The notes: a model not told the origin generated them from the letters alone. Counted from the first letter of the stretch, positions 1-13,906 are shown. The stretch: 64,000 nucleotides of DNA from Antedon mediterranea (GCF_964355755.1 NC_092677.1:24787175-24851174), one strand, 5' to 3'. Made by a program: numbers and translations.

Positions 1-389
1 ATTCATTAATTGAATGACAACACGGATTAATATGTTTATCGATGCATAAAAATTAATGAGGTTTAGTTTCATTAAGTTCTGTCTAGAATGAATGTCCCTC
101 TGTACACTGCAAATAGGTGTAGAAGATAGATAGATAATATGAATGCATGACGATAAATAACAAGATTACATCCAATAAAGTCATGTTCTTCATTATTACC
201 ATTTAGCAACAAGATTTCCGCTTACGAATTTATCTCAATACAACATCGCGACTTTTATTCTTACGATTCTTCATTTTAACGTTTTTGTTCTTTCAATTCA
301 CCTAGTTTCCCGATAATTAATTTTATATGATTTATAATACAGTAACCTTTCTGACATTTGTGAAATCATTCAAAATGTATTATAATTTT

Positions 390-500
390 TTCTTTATCGT
401 TTTTATTTCGCTTTTCGCTTTTGTTTTTGTATCTCCATTGAGATCCAGCCACTGCTATCCACAGCATTGTCATTTTTTCAGTATTTTGCCTTCGGATTTC
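390..500 (+). mobile_element. Fragment of dispersed repeat shared with 7375-7458 (Penelope-like terminal repeat remnant)
   Basis: Shares ctttatcgttt..gcttttcg..tttgtatctccattgagatccagccactg..gta.tttgcctt.ggattt with 7375-7458, which follows a hammerhead-like motif. Family assignment is inference. Confidence 0.5.
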
Positions 501-1605
501 TTTATGACATTATTTTTCTTTTTAAATGCCTAAATTTAAAGTTTGATTGTAACTTTGTCTCTCAATTTCATTTTCATGTCCCTGTGCGTAAACCTCGCAT
601 TAATAATCTTTTAAAAGTGCAGTTTTCTCGTGTTATTGTGTGTAAAAACTGCATTTTTTGTCGGGTTGCTCATTCATATAATAGTTTAGTTTAAATGTTT
701 CCTTACATCAATATTTTTAGTTGTAAAACTTCTGCTTTTAATGTCATTTTTATTAATATATAAATCTGTTTGTTCCTTGTTCTTTTTTATGTAAATCTAA
801 TGTATCTTTTATGGCGATCCTGTTTTGGTGTTTTTCTTTACACTGTTGGATCTTGAATAAATAAATAAAATAAAATAAAAATAAATAAATATATTTTTTT
901 AAGTAAACATTTATATTTTGCTGTAATATGTTTTCTATGTGTTACAATACTGTAATGTGAGTGTTAATAAAACTAAATAAATAATGTTTAAATTTTGTTT
1001 TGTTTTCTGCCATTTTCAGCATCAGAAGCCAACAGTATTTTTTCATCCTCTTCTTGTACAATACAATCTGTAATGTATGCACTTTTCAAATCATTCCCAA
1101 GACTCATACCATTTTTTTTTGCCTCAATATTAACAATTTGTTCAGATGTTATTTGAGTTTTTGCCAAGAGAGAAATAATAATTGATATACAATACAGGAA
1201 AATTTGTGAAATATGGAACCTAAATAGGTAAATACACTATACTGTACAATGAAATATAACATTTAATTTAATTTATTTAAAAGTAGGGTTAAATTACAAT
1301 TAAATTAAACAAACGACAGGTTGTATAAGGTATGTAATTTAACACCTTGACCTTTTGTGCAGAAATCATTAAATTCACAATTGTTCTGAAGAAAAAAAAG
1401 ATTTAAATTGTGTAAATGTAACTCCATATTTGAAATAGAACATTAATTTAGTTTATAAGGTTAAATTAAAATTAAGTTAACAGAAGGTTGTCGCCTGTGT
1501 ACATTTTAAAAGTTTACAATATTAAAAATAGCTATAAAAACATCAGGAGGCAGAAAATAGAAATAAATTAAAATTATCTACAATGGAATATACTTGTTTG
1601 TTTGT

Positions 1606-1897
1606 TTTATCTTTATACTGGGTGACCTCTTCAGTCAAAGACTGATCTCCCAGAGGGCCCAGTTGGTGATCAGTGGCTGTGATGTACTAATATACCGGGG
1701 TATCGTCTCGAAAGATGTACTAGGTTCTTTAAAGTGCACACGAGCAAGTTGTGTACACTGGACCTACGGTTTATAGTCCTTATCCGAGAAGACTCGTTCT
1801 ACCACCAGAACCATGGAGCGAGTGAGCCTCGAACCCCTGCCGATGTTATGGCTACGTGATTACGGTTCCACTGTCTTAACCGCTCGGCCACTCACTC
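1606..1897 (-). mobile_element. tRNA-derived SINE with Deu/Nin-like central domain
   Basis: Minus strand begins gagtgagTGGCCGAGCGGttaagac (Pol III A box) ... GGTTCGAGGCT (B box). Core ctcggataaggactataaaccgtaggtcc...gtgcactttaaagaacc, then a 3' stem-loop cagtc-ttt-gactg and an A-rich tail. A second partial copy starts at 63971. Confidence 0.85.
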
Positions 1898-3267
1898 ACA
1901 TACAACACCTTTAATTTTAGAAACTATATTTGAATGTATTTTGTACTTATTTTTTTTGTATTAATTAGTACAGTTTATTTTTTGATAATAAGTTATTTTA
2001 CTTTATATATGGACCAGATTGATTGATTAATTTATTCGATATTCATACACAAAAGTTAAAATATACAATGTATAAAAAGAATACCAGGATAACCCATTAA
2101 GTCGACAAATAATAGAGAGAGTCTGAAATAAAATATTGAAAGAAAATAAATAAAATTTTTTATGAAGTTTGTTCAGCCAAATGTTTATTTATACTTGATA
2201 TGTACTTATAAATTAAGTTTATTTTATATTTATTTAATTTTTAAAATTTAAAAAAATATTTATACAGGATAAAACCATATCAGGTATTAGAAATGAATAA
2301 CAGGTAGAACAATCCTGTTTAATTATTTATTGGATGTTTTTATATCTTTGGATATAATTTGGATATAATAATTGAGATCTTATTTCATAACACAAATTAT
2401 GTATCATATAAAAATAGTTACTTTGTCATGAGCATAAGTCCCGACAATAAAATCATAAGTATCGACTCTTCTTGAGTTGTTACCTATAAAAGTCATCTAA
2501 AGTATATTTGATTAATGGTGGAATAAACATTAGTAATACTTTTTAATTAAAAATAACAATCTTTCCCTCAAGAGATATGTTTTATTGTGTACAGTCAATT
2601 TGCAAGTTTTGTTTATAATATATTTTACATTATCACCATTGTTCTTTGTTATTTACAACACGTTTATCTTTGTTTCGTGTCAACCTCTTTTTGATTTGTT
2701 TGTTTAGAACATGTGTTAATAAGACACAAATGATGAGTTGTTTTTAAGTGTCTGACTATAAAAAAATAATTAAGATTAAGTATTTCACTCGATCGTTCTT
2801 CAAGTAAACACTCAAAACTTTAAAAAAACTTGACACAAAGAGAAACAAACGATGACAAAATAACATAGAAAAGAAAAGTTTCCCCATAATAGGAGATGGA
2901 GTAAACTGTAATTCTGAGCTACACCCACCTACCTACTATTCTTATATACCTGTTTGTCACTGTGTAATATAAAAACTAAATGTGAAAAGTGAGAGTAACT
3001 AACCGGGACGAGAGAAAGTGACAGAAGCATTTAAACAACTTTTTACCATTATATTTAGTATCTTTTATTGTACTAAACCTATATTTATTTTCCCCAGTGG
3101 CTTTTACTTATAAATTTGATTTCTTTTAACCAGAAGTGTAATGGGTACATAACTAGCTGAATAATAATGAAGTACAAAATAGCTGATAGCCATTCCTAGG
3201 GTACGTAGGTGAACCTAAATTGGAACGTGAAAGTACTCCTAAACGAAGCAGATTTGGATGGAATACC

Positions 3268-3745
3268 AAAGACAAAATAATTTGTGGACAGGGGTGTTCA
3301 ATGAAAATTTCTACTTTTCGAGTTATACTGTATATCGCTCGTCAAGGAGAAAGGGCTATTGTTGGTTTATCCAGGTAAGCTAGGCACGAAATAGACTTTT
3401 TAAAGCACAAACAAGTACTGAAGATGAACATGAATCAGAAAGGAACTTTAAATGATACAAATTAATACTTACGTATCTTTGTTTTCAATTATTGTTTTCA
3501 AAGACAAAATAATTTGTTGACAGGGGAGTTCAATGAAAATTTCTACTTTTCGAGTTATATCTCACTCTTTGAGGAGAAAGGGCTATTGTTGGTTTATCCA
3601 GGTAAGCTACACTGTAGGCACGAAATAGACTTTTAAAAGCACAAACAAGTAGGCCTACTGATGAAGAAGGTGAATCAGAGGGAAAGTTTAAATGATATTA
3701 TAAAATAATACTTTATGTATCTTCATTTTCAATTAATGTTTATCT
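3268..3745. repeat. Tandem duplication, ~235-bp unit x2
   Basis: aaagacaaaataatttgt.gacagggg.gttcaatgaaaatttctacttttcgag recurs at ~3268 and ~3499. The internal ggtttatccaggtaagctaggcacgaaatagact also occurs at ~41077-41110. Confidence 0.9.
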
Positions 3746-4897
3746 AATAATAATAACCACTTATGTTAGAAATTTGCTGTTTAGATTTCTATGAATTTGA
3801 ACTAAAAAAGAGAAGTATTTTAACATTTTCAGCAAGATTACAACATAATATCTATAGTAGTATCTTTGTTTTTCAATTATTATTTATCTTATAATATTTG
3901 ATAATAAAAAATTACTGTATATTAACTTTCTTGCAATTAAATTAGTCTTGACTTAAAACTGAAGTTTGTTATCAATCTTACGGCAGCCAACATTAACTCT
4001 TTATAGAAATTACGCTATTAAAATGCTCATTTTTATTACAAATGTATTAACATACAAAATGTGACCTTATGAATATGTATGTCAAATGTAAAGCAACTGT
4101 AGTTTCAAATGAACTACTTTTTCAATATTAATTAAATTATAATAGTTCTTTAATCTTCAGTTTTACTATTAAAAATTTATTTTGTAGAAAAAAATTATTA
4201 AAAACATGCCCTTTGCTTTAAAAAAAAAAATCACTCAAACTTTCTTTAAAAGTTAATTATTTTCTTAAGTCAGATTATTAGTAATCCAAGCAAATATATT
4301 TGCTTAACTTTTCCTAAAATAGTAAATGTCTTTATGAAATTTAAATGCATTTTTCATCTAAGTTAATTCTTCACATTAAGAAACGATTTAATAGAAGAAT
4401 AATTATGTTTCATATTAAAACTATAAACTAAAACTAGGTTAACACACTTTTACAAGTTGTTTAACATAATATTATATTTTATAGCATTAAATGATTTATA
4501 ACTTGGGTCACAGAGTTCAAAGTTGACATAGAGTATTATAGGTGGTTGGCAATGACCTTTGCCCTTTGAAAGGTAACAAGAACAATAAACAAGGATTCTG
4601 TAAAATTTTTGCCATAACAAGTTTACCACCTTTACCAAATAAATGATGTAATGTAAGGAATTAAAAACCACAAGATGGGAGTTTTGAGGTGTAATACATA
4701 AAAATATTGTTAATCTTCCTTTTTTCCTTATTTGGGTAGGAGGGAAAAATTGACCCCACATATATTTTGTTTGTGTTTTCCGATCATATTTTTATGTACT
4801 GTACATCGCTCCGGTACTCATCGTATACAAAAATCAAAATCATATTGGTACAACATGCAGCTTCCTTGGGTTTGAATATATAATTCTAGCTATTACA

Positions 4898-4987
4898 GAG
4901 CAAGCTTGGTGGTTTAGAGGTATGAGAATCAGGTTTTACCTGGCTAATAGCAGCTATCTGGATGTCATGGGTTCGAGTCCTACTCCA
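4898..4987 (+). pseudogene. Degenerate tRNA-like sequence / SINE head
   Basis: A-box-like TGGTTTAGAGG (4910-4920) and B box GGTTCGAGTCC (4970-4980). No clean cloverleaf. Confidence 0.4.
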
Positions 4988-6222
4988 ATCCTTAAAGTGC
5001 AGTATCGAGCACACACAGTGCAATTACTGTACATAATAATATGGCAAACAAAAACAAAAATTATTATTATAAATGAATTGAATTATTATTAAATCAGGAT
5101 ATTAAATCACTACGAATAAAAAAAAATGATATTTAACAATAGAACAAGCAGAGTAATATTTTGTCATTATCTTTTGTTCATAATCTATCAATATTAAAAT
5201 CTTTATTACTTTAAATGGAAAACAAAAAATCCATTAAAAAACTTAAGAATAGAAAAATGTATTAATATCTTAATGACTCCATGAATCAACATTGTTATTA
5301 CCAATAGTAATTTTCAATAGTAGTAACTTTACCGCAAATGTAATTAATCATAATTAAATGTTGCGTATGACAATAAACCGCCGACGCGCTATTGTGTTTC
5401 AGTCAGTAATTAAGCTTACTAGTAAAAAACTAAAATATTTATTTATTTTGTTCAGATTATGAAACTAAAAATTTAATTTATTTTATGTATGGTGGTTTTT
5501 TTTTCTTTTAAAAAAGTGAAGAAAAAAAATTTATCCTTGGTTTGCTTTCCTTCAAGATTTTTTGTGTTTTAAAAAAGATTTCAAATTTTTAAAATATATT
5601 TTTAACATTTAAAAATATTTTTCTTTTAAAATATTTAAAAAGGTCTTTTGGATTTGTAATTTTATATACAGTAAGCTAATTAATTTCAAATGTTTCTATT
5701 CTGTTAATGTTATATTTTTCCACCTTCTGTTTCTCTCATATTTGTTATATGTTGCAAGACTCCTGGAGACTAAGGCTGTGCATTGTGAGGAGCCTCCAAG
5801 TGAAATATTGAATTTTTTTTTAAAAAGTGCTTCTACAATTTATAAATCACAATTTTAATGAATTAAACAACAGATTTTGTTTGTCATTTGTCACAGGTTT
5901 GGGAACAACAAACTATAAATCATAACAAAAAAAGATAAACATATATTTGAAGAATGATATAAAGCATGTTGTCTTAACCTAGTCTGTCATTGGACCAGGT
6001 TATTCAAAGGGCAACAAAAACAAACAATCCATCTCTTTTCAAAATGAGATATTACCATCAATATTGATATGACCACCATGCATTATGGCAAAAATATACA
6101 GATACATACGCAGCTAGATAGATGCAGTATTAATAGTCGAGTTAATTTCATCATTGCACTTCTCAACATTTTATCTTATTACAAATTGTACATATGGTAC
6201 ATTTACCATTTGATGCCTTAAA

Positions 6223-6600
6223 AACACAGTACATAATTTGTAAAATAAAAAATAATACTAGCATAGCAATTACCTAAAAAAAATTATTTTAATAAATTTT
6301 GAAATTATAATTAATTCAACCTTGTATAGAGTAACCAATTACTATTAAATAATTTTAAAATTTTAATTTATCATCATCATAGCACTTCTTAACACCTTAT
6401 TATACACACATGATAAATACCATTCAATGCCCTAAATTTTAAATAATTTTAAAATAAAGCACCGTACATAATTTGTAAAATACAAAAAAAAAAATCATGT
6501 TTTACTAATAATAATAGCATAGCAATTACTAAAAAAAAAAATTATTTTAATAAATTGTGAAATTATAACTAATTCAACCTTGTATAGAGTAACCAATTAC
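6223..6600. repeat. Local direct duplication (~120-140 bp)
   Basis: gtacataatttgtaaaata...aattcaaccttgtatagagtaaccaattac at ~6229-6342 and ~6464-6600. Confidence 0.85.
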
Positions 6601-7314
6601 CTCCTATTTTTACATTGACTCTTAAACGACCCCAATTCCACACCCAAGCATCTGCTTTATTAAACAATCAACCAAAAAAAAAACTGAACCGAACTACTTA
6701 ACATTGTCAAAAAAAACTTAAAAATTTAATCTGCATTAGTAATTAAAGAAAACCTTGTCATACTTTAAAGATGGCACGGATAACTATGGGAAGAATATAG
6801 CAATATATCTTGCATAACTGGTTAAAATCAATTTAAATAGTTCAACGAGTCGCCAGAAGCCAGCACTCAAGCGATGTTTTATACTTTAAAATATACTAAT
6901 AAGAAAGAATTAGATATATCAGGTATAACGCTATTAAACAAGAATTATATACACAGAAATCTGCTAAGGGGACTATACAAATTGATAGGCAAACTAGATT
7001 ATTTTACCTGTAAATAATAAGACCTATAAAATTATCTATTTTTTTTCTGTTGATTGTAAAAAAATATTCTAAAATTCTTGGAATCTTATAAATGTTTTAC
7101 ATGTTGCTTTATAAATGGAATTATATTGTACTTCTTTGTTTGTGTTTCTATTTTTTTGCCATGGATATATTATAATGATGGTATTCTAATAAAAAGAATA
7201 TATATACATATATATATATTCACGCTGTTTCTATTGTTATATTTCTTTTATTCCTGTCCACCCAGGCAGCACTTGCCAACTCATATGCTATGACTTTATC
7301 CAAATTCCCTCACT

Positions 7315-7353
7315 TGCACTGATGAAGGGCTAGTGTTGCCCAAAAGCTCTGCT
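7315..7353 (+). ncRNA. Degenerate minimal type I hammerhead ribozyme (Penelope-like), likely inactive
   Basis: tgca-CTGATGA-a-GGGC-tagtgtt-GCCC-aAAA-gc-TC-tgc. Has the CUGANGA core, stem II, palindromic AGCT stem III and short stem I, but AAAA in place of GAAA. Confidence 0.55.
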
Positions 7354-8064
7354 AACTTTTCTGTCTGTTTACTTTATCGTTTTGATTTAGCTTTTCGTTT
7401 TTTTTTTGTATCTCCATTGAGATCCAGCCACTGATACCAGTAATTTGCCTTTGGATTTATATATATATATTCTTAAATGTTAAATTTTTTAATAATGTTT
7501 TTTCTATTTCTCCCAAGAAAACAATTTATCAGTATGCTCCAATGACTTAACAAAATGAATCAAATTTAAATTCTTTTTTAAATTAGCAAAATTCACATTA
7601 ATTATATCCGTAAAATGATAAGTTTAATTCTAAGTTTGTCTGTTAAGTGAATGTCTCCTCATCTATCAAGTATTGTCAGTAAGGTTTCATTAATTACGGC
7701 CTATAAACATCCATGTTCAATTTGAGTTAACGATTCTGTTTCCGTTCATGTCATTTCACGCAAATTTTATTTTAAACTACCAGTAATGAAAGCTGGCAGT
7801 CAATACTACTAGTGAAAGATCACATGCATAGTTTGATATTGTAATATTCTCACAGGCTCCTCCGAAACAAATTTTAAAAAACCAACAAATCATATCACAC
7901 AAGATTTTGAGAAGAACTAAGCTATGATAAACAACAAAAACATCTCCATTCCAAAAAAGAATGTGGGATTTTAATTGTTTTAACCAACATTTATGTGCCA
8001 ATTTCTTATGAAAAAAGATCCTACTGTATTAAAGTTGCAACCATTGTTTCTCAGTGTTACAACA

Positions 8065-8590
8065 GGAGAGGACCCTTCGTTTCCCAGATAGCAGCAGGAA
8101 TGGATCATTGGTTTCCCAGGCTGCAGAAGAAGTAGATCATTGGTATCCCAGGCTGCAAAAGAAGTAGATCATTGGTTTCCCATGCTGCAAAAGGAGCAGT
8201 ACTTAGTTTCCCAGGCTGCAGATGGAGCAGTACTTAGTTTTCAAGGCTGCAGATGGAGCAGTGCTTAGTTTCCCAGGCTGCAGAAGGAGCAGTACTTAGT
8301 TTCCCAGGCTGCAGATGGAGCAGTACTTAGTTTCCCAGGCTGCAGAAGGAGCAGTACTTAGTTTCCCAAGCTGCAGAAGGAGCAGTACTTAGTTTCCCAA
8401 GCTGCAGAAGGAGCAGTACTTAGTTTTCCAAGCTGCAGAAGGAGTAGATCCTTGGTTTCCCAGGCTGTAGAAGGAGGAGATCCTTAGTTTCCCAGGCTGC
8501 AGAAGGAGGAGATCCTTAGTTTCCCAGGGTGCAAAAGGAGTAGATCCTTAGTGTTCCAGGCTGCAGAAGGAGTATTTCATTGGTTTCCCA
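8065..8590. repeat. 31-bp minisatellite, ~17 copies
   Basis: Unit tttcccaggctgcagaaggagcagtacttag, head to tail, with variant blocks and no spacers. Confidence 0.95.
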
Positions 8591-9734
8591 GTTTTGTTCC
8601 TGGGATCAAAATATCCCCAATCCTAAATTGAGTAATGTTAGTGTGCAATGATGAATTCAAGAAAGCAAACCAAAGATTGTAACGTGCCAATCTATAACTC
8701 ATTACACATTGATGCTAATAATACTAATACCAACGCAAGTCCGTAGATTGGTTGCTAAGTGGAGCATTGATTGACAGTTGCTAAGGAATTGCATTTATTG
8801 CTCCAAAGCATCAGATAATCACACCACCTGTTTCTCTTTCTAGGCTTAAATTCATCATAAAATGTTATGCTCTTTATCTCGTAAGATGACGAGAGAGGAG
8901 ACAATTTAGAAATCCCATGGGAGATTTTGACTAATGGACTAGTAATAAAATAATTTGTAAAATTTCTTTCTAAAAGTTGATGATGACAATAAAAAAAACC
9001 AGAAAAAGTAAGGTTAAATTATTATAATTAATAAAAACATTTTTTTATATGTAAAAAAAGGCAATTTTATACTGAACATCAAAATAAAATATGTTTAGTA
9101 ATAAAAACTTTCTATAATAATTAATAGAAAAAATAAAAATCAATTTGTTGCTGTTTATAAAACATAAATTAGAATAAATTAATAACTTATTAGTAATTTT
9201 AAGTTATAATTTCTACAACAACGTGGCGACTGAAATTTGAAAAAACGCATGGGAAAAATTTTGAAAATCACAACTGAAAATATAATACTATAGATTGTGT
9301 TTGCATTGCATTTAGAGTGTTATTAAATACAGACACAAATAAGACGTTATGCAAACATAGCTGTGTTTACTTTAGTATCAAGTAATACATACACACTCCA
9401 ATTAATAGTTTACCATATTCTATATCAATATTAAGCTTGTCTCGTGAATATTGCTTTTTCTATTTATACTTCTTCCCTAATTAAAGTCTTTCACCAATTA
9501 ATTATCTTCTTTTGATTGAAATTTTAACTATGAAAATTGGTTTGTGATTGAACTACTAAAAGTATAAACATTTTAAAAATAATATTACTCTCTGAATTCA
9601 TATTTCATAAAAATAAGCAATTTTTAAATAATGTGTCTTTGTCTACGGTATATGATTTATTTATTTAAACAACAAAATTTCAATAAATTGAATTTTTTTT
9701 TTACAAGAATCAATAAAATCCTGTTCTACCGCAG

Positions 9735-9925
9735 TACGAGTTGGGCTACGAGCTGGGCTACAAGTTGGGCTACAAGTTGAGCTACAAGCTAGGCCACAAG
9801 TTACAGTAGGCTACGAGCTAGGCCACAAGCTAGGCAACAAGCTAGGCCACAATCTGGGCTACAAGCTGGGCTAATAAGCTAGGCTATAAGCTAGGCCACA
9901 ATCTGGGCTACGAGCTGGATTACAA
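9735..9925. repeat. 12-bp minisatellite, ~16 copies
   Basis: Unit approx. gggctacaagct / aggccacaagct. Confidence 0.9.
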
Positions 9926-10239
9926 CACATTTTACACTTCAAGTTGCCTTTAAGAAGTACTCTTTTAACAATCATCACGCTATCTCACAAACTTGGCCTG
10001 GTTTTCTAGTCCAAGATTGTTGATAAAAGTGTTTTAAGTCGGTTTTTGACACCAGACTTATCGGAATTGATTTGAAATTCATCATGTTTTCACGCCAGCT
10101 TAGTGACAGGTGATCGTCAGGGAAGATTCAAGACAAGAATAATTTGTAATCCTTGACAGCTTGTGTGCGCGTTAACAGTAAAAGATCAATTCCATGAGAC
10201 AAATCATTTGTATTGTGTCTGCTTGCGTTTCTTTTCATG

Positions 10240-10340
10240 ATAGTTAGAAAATTGGAAATCGTTGGGCTGGCCCATATTGTCCACTTCATCTTGTCTATAG
10301 TTAGAAAATTAGAAACCTTTGGGCTGGCCCATATTGTCCA
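10240..10340. repeat. Short direct duplication (44 bp x2)
   Basis: atagttagaaaatt.gaaa.c.ttgggctggcccatattgtcca occurs twice. Confidence 0.85.
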
Positions 10341-13300
10341 TTTAACTTTTAGAAAAGTTAAAAGATTAGGAGAAAGTATATCAAAAATTTAGTTTGCTCG
10401 CTTCATCTCATCTTCTAACTAGAGAAAAATTAATAAATTATTGCGTACCGTAATGTACCGTTGTGGTATATTTTCAGGGAGAGTGACAAAACATTTTACT
10501 ATAAGAGATAAAAGGTATACAGGTGGTAGTCTAGTGAAAGCTGGCATTTGTTTATTTGGACTCTTTCGCAAAAGTACCATCTCATATCTGTGTGTGAAAG
10601 GGACTTAAGAGAACATTGGTAATCTTCTATCTATACCACCTGACATCTCCTGCAACCAAACACTGCTGAAATACACTTCTTTGCACTTTCAATAATTACA
10701 CTTGTAACACGAATCAAATTAATTTGCGCCATGTATCAATAATAGTACCAAGAGAATTTATATCATTATAAGTCTCGCTGGAGAAAATTATGAAAGGGCA
10801 GATGTTTCATTAAACCTAATACATCGTGATTCATTAAATATTGTAATTAATGTATTGAAGCAAACATCAATTGGATGACAAACAAATTTGGATAAATAGG
10901 TTAAAAGTTTATCATAGGATTAGAAAGTAATTTATAGTTTATTTGTTTTATCAAAAACTAATTAGTATTTTTCATCTAATCATGAATTTATTTTTAGTAT
11001 GAATTCATTAATTCTATTAAAAAAGAAAAACTTTTTTGCGTAAATAAAATCATAAATATAACTATTTAATGTTTAAAAATCAAGAGGTGGGGGAGTGTTT
11101 ATAGTTGAAAAAGCAATATTTTTTGGTTATTTAATTTAAAGGTCACATTTTCAGTTTTTCCATTATAAAATCAGCATCAGAATTTGTCATTTTTTCTCTC
11201 ATTATTAATAACTTTTCCAAAATTAGTTGTTTCCGTAGATGTCCAACAAACTCAAATAAAACGCAATCAAATAGAAAATAACCGACTTTACTTAAAGTCA
11301 ATAAAACTCATTATTTAAAGTATTTTTAACTTCCCAATTGCAAATAAATTAACTGCCGCTAAAGTTGATTTTACTCGTAAACAACATTTGGCGATCTACT
11401 CGACTAGAACAAAATGAATTCGCTAGACAGGTTAATCAATAAATTCACTTATTTTATGCACACAAATAGCGAAAACCTGATTTTTCTTACACAGAATCAA
11501 ATTGAATTACGATAAAATATTCAAACTAGAAAATGACATATATGGAGTTGTCCAAACAGGGAAGCACAATTTGTCATGATTATTGATTTTTGACATGATC
11601 AAATCACAATGACTATCTCGTTAAATTCAACAACTAATGAATCAAATTAAAGTTTTAATGATCAAATGGACATTGACAGAATAATCTTACTCATATTTAT
11701 TATCTTTGATGTCTTCATTTTAAAACATCTTATTTTCCTTTTAAATCGTCAATAAAAACCAAAACAAATTCATCCAATTTCACTCAAAATGTTCAATACG
11801 ATCGGAAAGAAAGAACAGAATGAGAGAGAAGTTTATCAGTGCTTATTACATTACATGCGCATCTCACATCAAATGACCTGGTCTCGAGGTATGATACCAA
11901 ACTAGTGATCTGGAGAGCAGGGGTTCAAATCTTACAAGGAACCATGCACATTTTTTTTTTAATACTAACCAAAATCCAATTCATTTCACATCATCTTCAT
12001 GTAAACTTTACTACTACAACAATAAAGTGATTGATATCACATCTTTTAAAATGACCTTCTGACCCATGAATCTTCTTATCTCTTTATCTGAACACAGAGT
12101 ACATTAGTACTACATCATCACCACACCACAGGCTAACTCCCTGTGGACCACAATTGAATAGTCGCTAATTTAATTTTCGTACAATGCTTCATCATGGTAG
12201 ACTTGTTTTCAATCTAATAAGGTGACACAAAATTATACCGGTGGGCCATTCATTATATTTTCTAATTAGGAAATAATCTTATTTTTACAGTAACTTGATG
12301 AAAAAAATTATTTATACAAACAATTTTTTATGTAGTGATGTTGTACATAAACAAAAAACAAATTTATGATTTTTGTATTGTACATGGTATGAAAGCAGTA
12401 TATTACACAGTATATTTATCTTTATAGTGTTCAGTAATATACAATACTGTTAGCTACAGAAGATCTACTGTATAGTATTATTGAATGACCATTCAATAGT
12501 GTATACTATTGCATGCCATGTGACCCATAATCATCCTCAAATAACAGGAATTCATTTATAGGTGTTTAATACAAAAATATTATTATATTATATATTATTG
12601 TGGAGGAGGAGAGGTGACCATATCCAACTTTTGATATCATAATAAGGATACCCCTGAGAAAAAGTGGTTTATAAATAACAGTGGTAAGTGTTTCGTCTGA
12701 AAGGAACCTAAACTTTGGTGTGTTTTTTTACATTACAAATAAATCTATTGTTTTTTATCTTTTTTGTCCTTTAAAACTATCCCTTTCATCAGTATGACAA
12801 ACAAATTTTAACTGAATTTTTTGAGCCATCAGAAATTAAATTATACCTTGTTATGGTTAATCAGTAACCATAGCAACTATGTCAGAAACTACTTATTGGT
12901 TGTTTGTGGACATCTGATTGAAAACTTGCATAATAATGAGGGAGAGGAGAGTTATAAATAGATGTACAGAAAAATCAATCATTAATATGGAACGGCAAAG
13001 GGGCAAGTTTAAATTTGCTAGTCATTCCAAGTGTAGATCTACAACCACCACCAGCAGATTCAAGTTGCCCTTTGGTGTTCCATACACAATTAAAATTTAC
13101 TGATATCGACCTACTGTACATTATATTAATAAATAAAACATTATTATAATATTTAATATATAATAAATCACGTTTAATGATTGATATTATAGTACATTCT
13201 GCATATTGTTTGCAAGTTAAATTATCAAAAGTGCAATGGTTAAAAAACCTTTATACAATTAATGGTCATGAAAATACACAAAATATTGTTTATAATGTTT

Positions 13301-13573
13301 TATGTCATTGCGTTAAGATCATTACAAAGTTGAATGAAATATTGAAATGTGGAAAAGTTCACGTCTAATAACACACTGAACTTTTTGATTATTGTCATTG
13401 TAAAAAGTACATATCACACTGTCTGTTGCACAGCTTGCGATTTAATAGTTTAATATTAAAATTAGATTTGGTATATAGTGTTCATGTAAATAACAATTGA
13501 ACAGTGAATAATGACGTGATTTTATGTGTTGCCATATGACATCATCTGCATTTTAAATACAATGAAATGAATA

Positions 13574-13906
13574 TTATAAAATTCTATTTTGACATGAACC
13601 AAAATTAGTAACTGACCTGACTGACAGTTTCAGTGCTCACTTCACAAGCATTTTCTTCCGAGTGACGACTATATTGTTAAGCAAATCGCTTACCGTTAAG
13701 TGGCATTCGCCTAACAATAGGGTCGTATAAGTGACTCAGGAAATGGGCGCCCTCGTCTCAGTTGTCTCTCCTCTTCGTCTGATCCATATTGCCTAACGGT
13801 GAGCGATTTGCTTAACAATATAGTCGTCACTTTGAAGAAAGTGCTCGTGAAATGAGCAGTGTCAGGTCAGTAACTAATTTTGGTTTGTCAAAATAGAATT
13901 TTATAA
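13574..13906. mobile_element. Foldback/MITE with ~120-bp terminal inverted repeats
   Basis: Left ttataaaattctattttgaca..aaccaaaattagt.actgacctgac...gtgacgactatattgttaagcaaatcgct.accgtta is mirrored by taacggtgagcgatttgcttaacaatatagtcgtcac...tgtcaaaatagaattttataa. Confidence 0.85.

Noticed and set aside
8065-8590. CRISPR-like array (31-bp period)
   Set aside because: Units are contiguous with no unique spacers, there are no cas genes, and the context is eukaryotic.
11879-11935. tRNA-like A/B boxes (tggtctcgagg ... ggttcaaatc)
   Set aside because: Too degenerate and no cloverleaf; at best an old SINE head.
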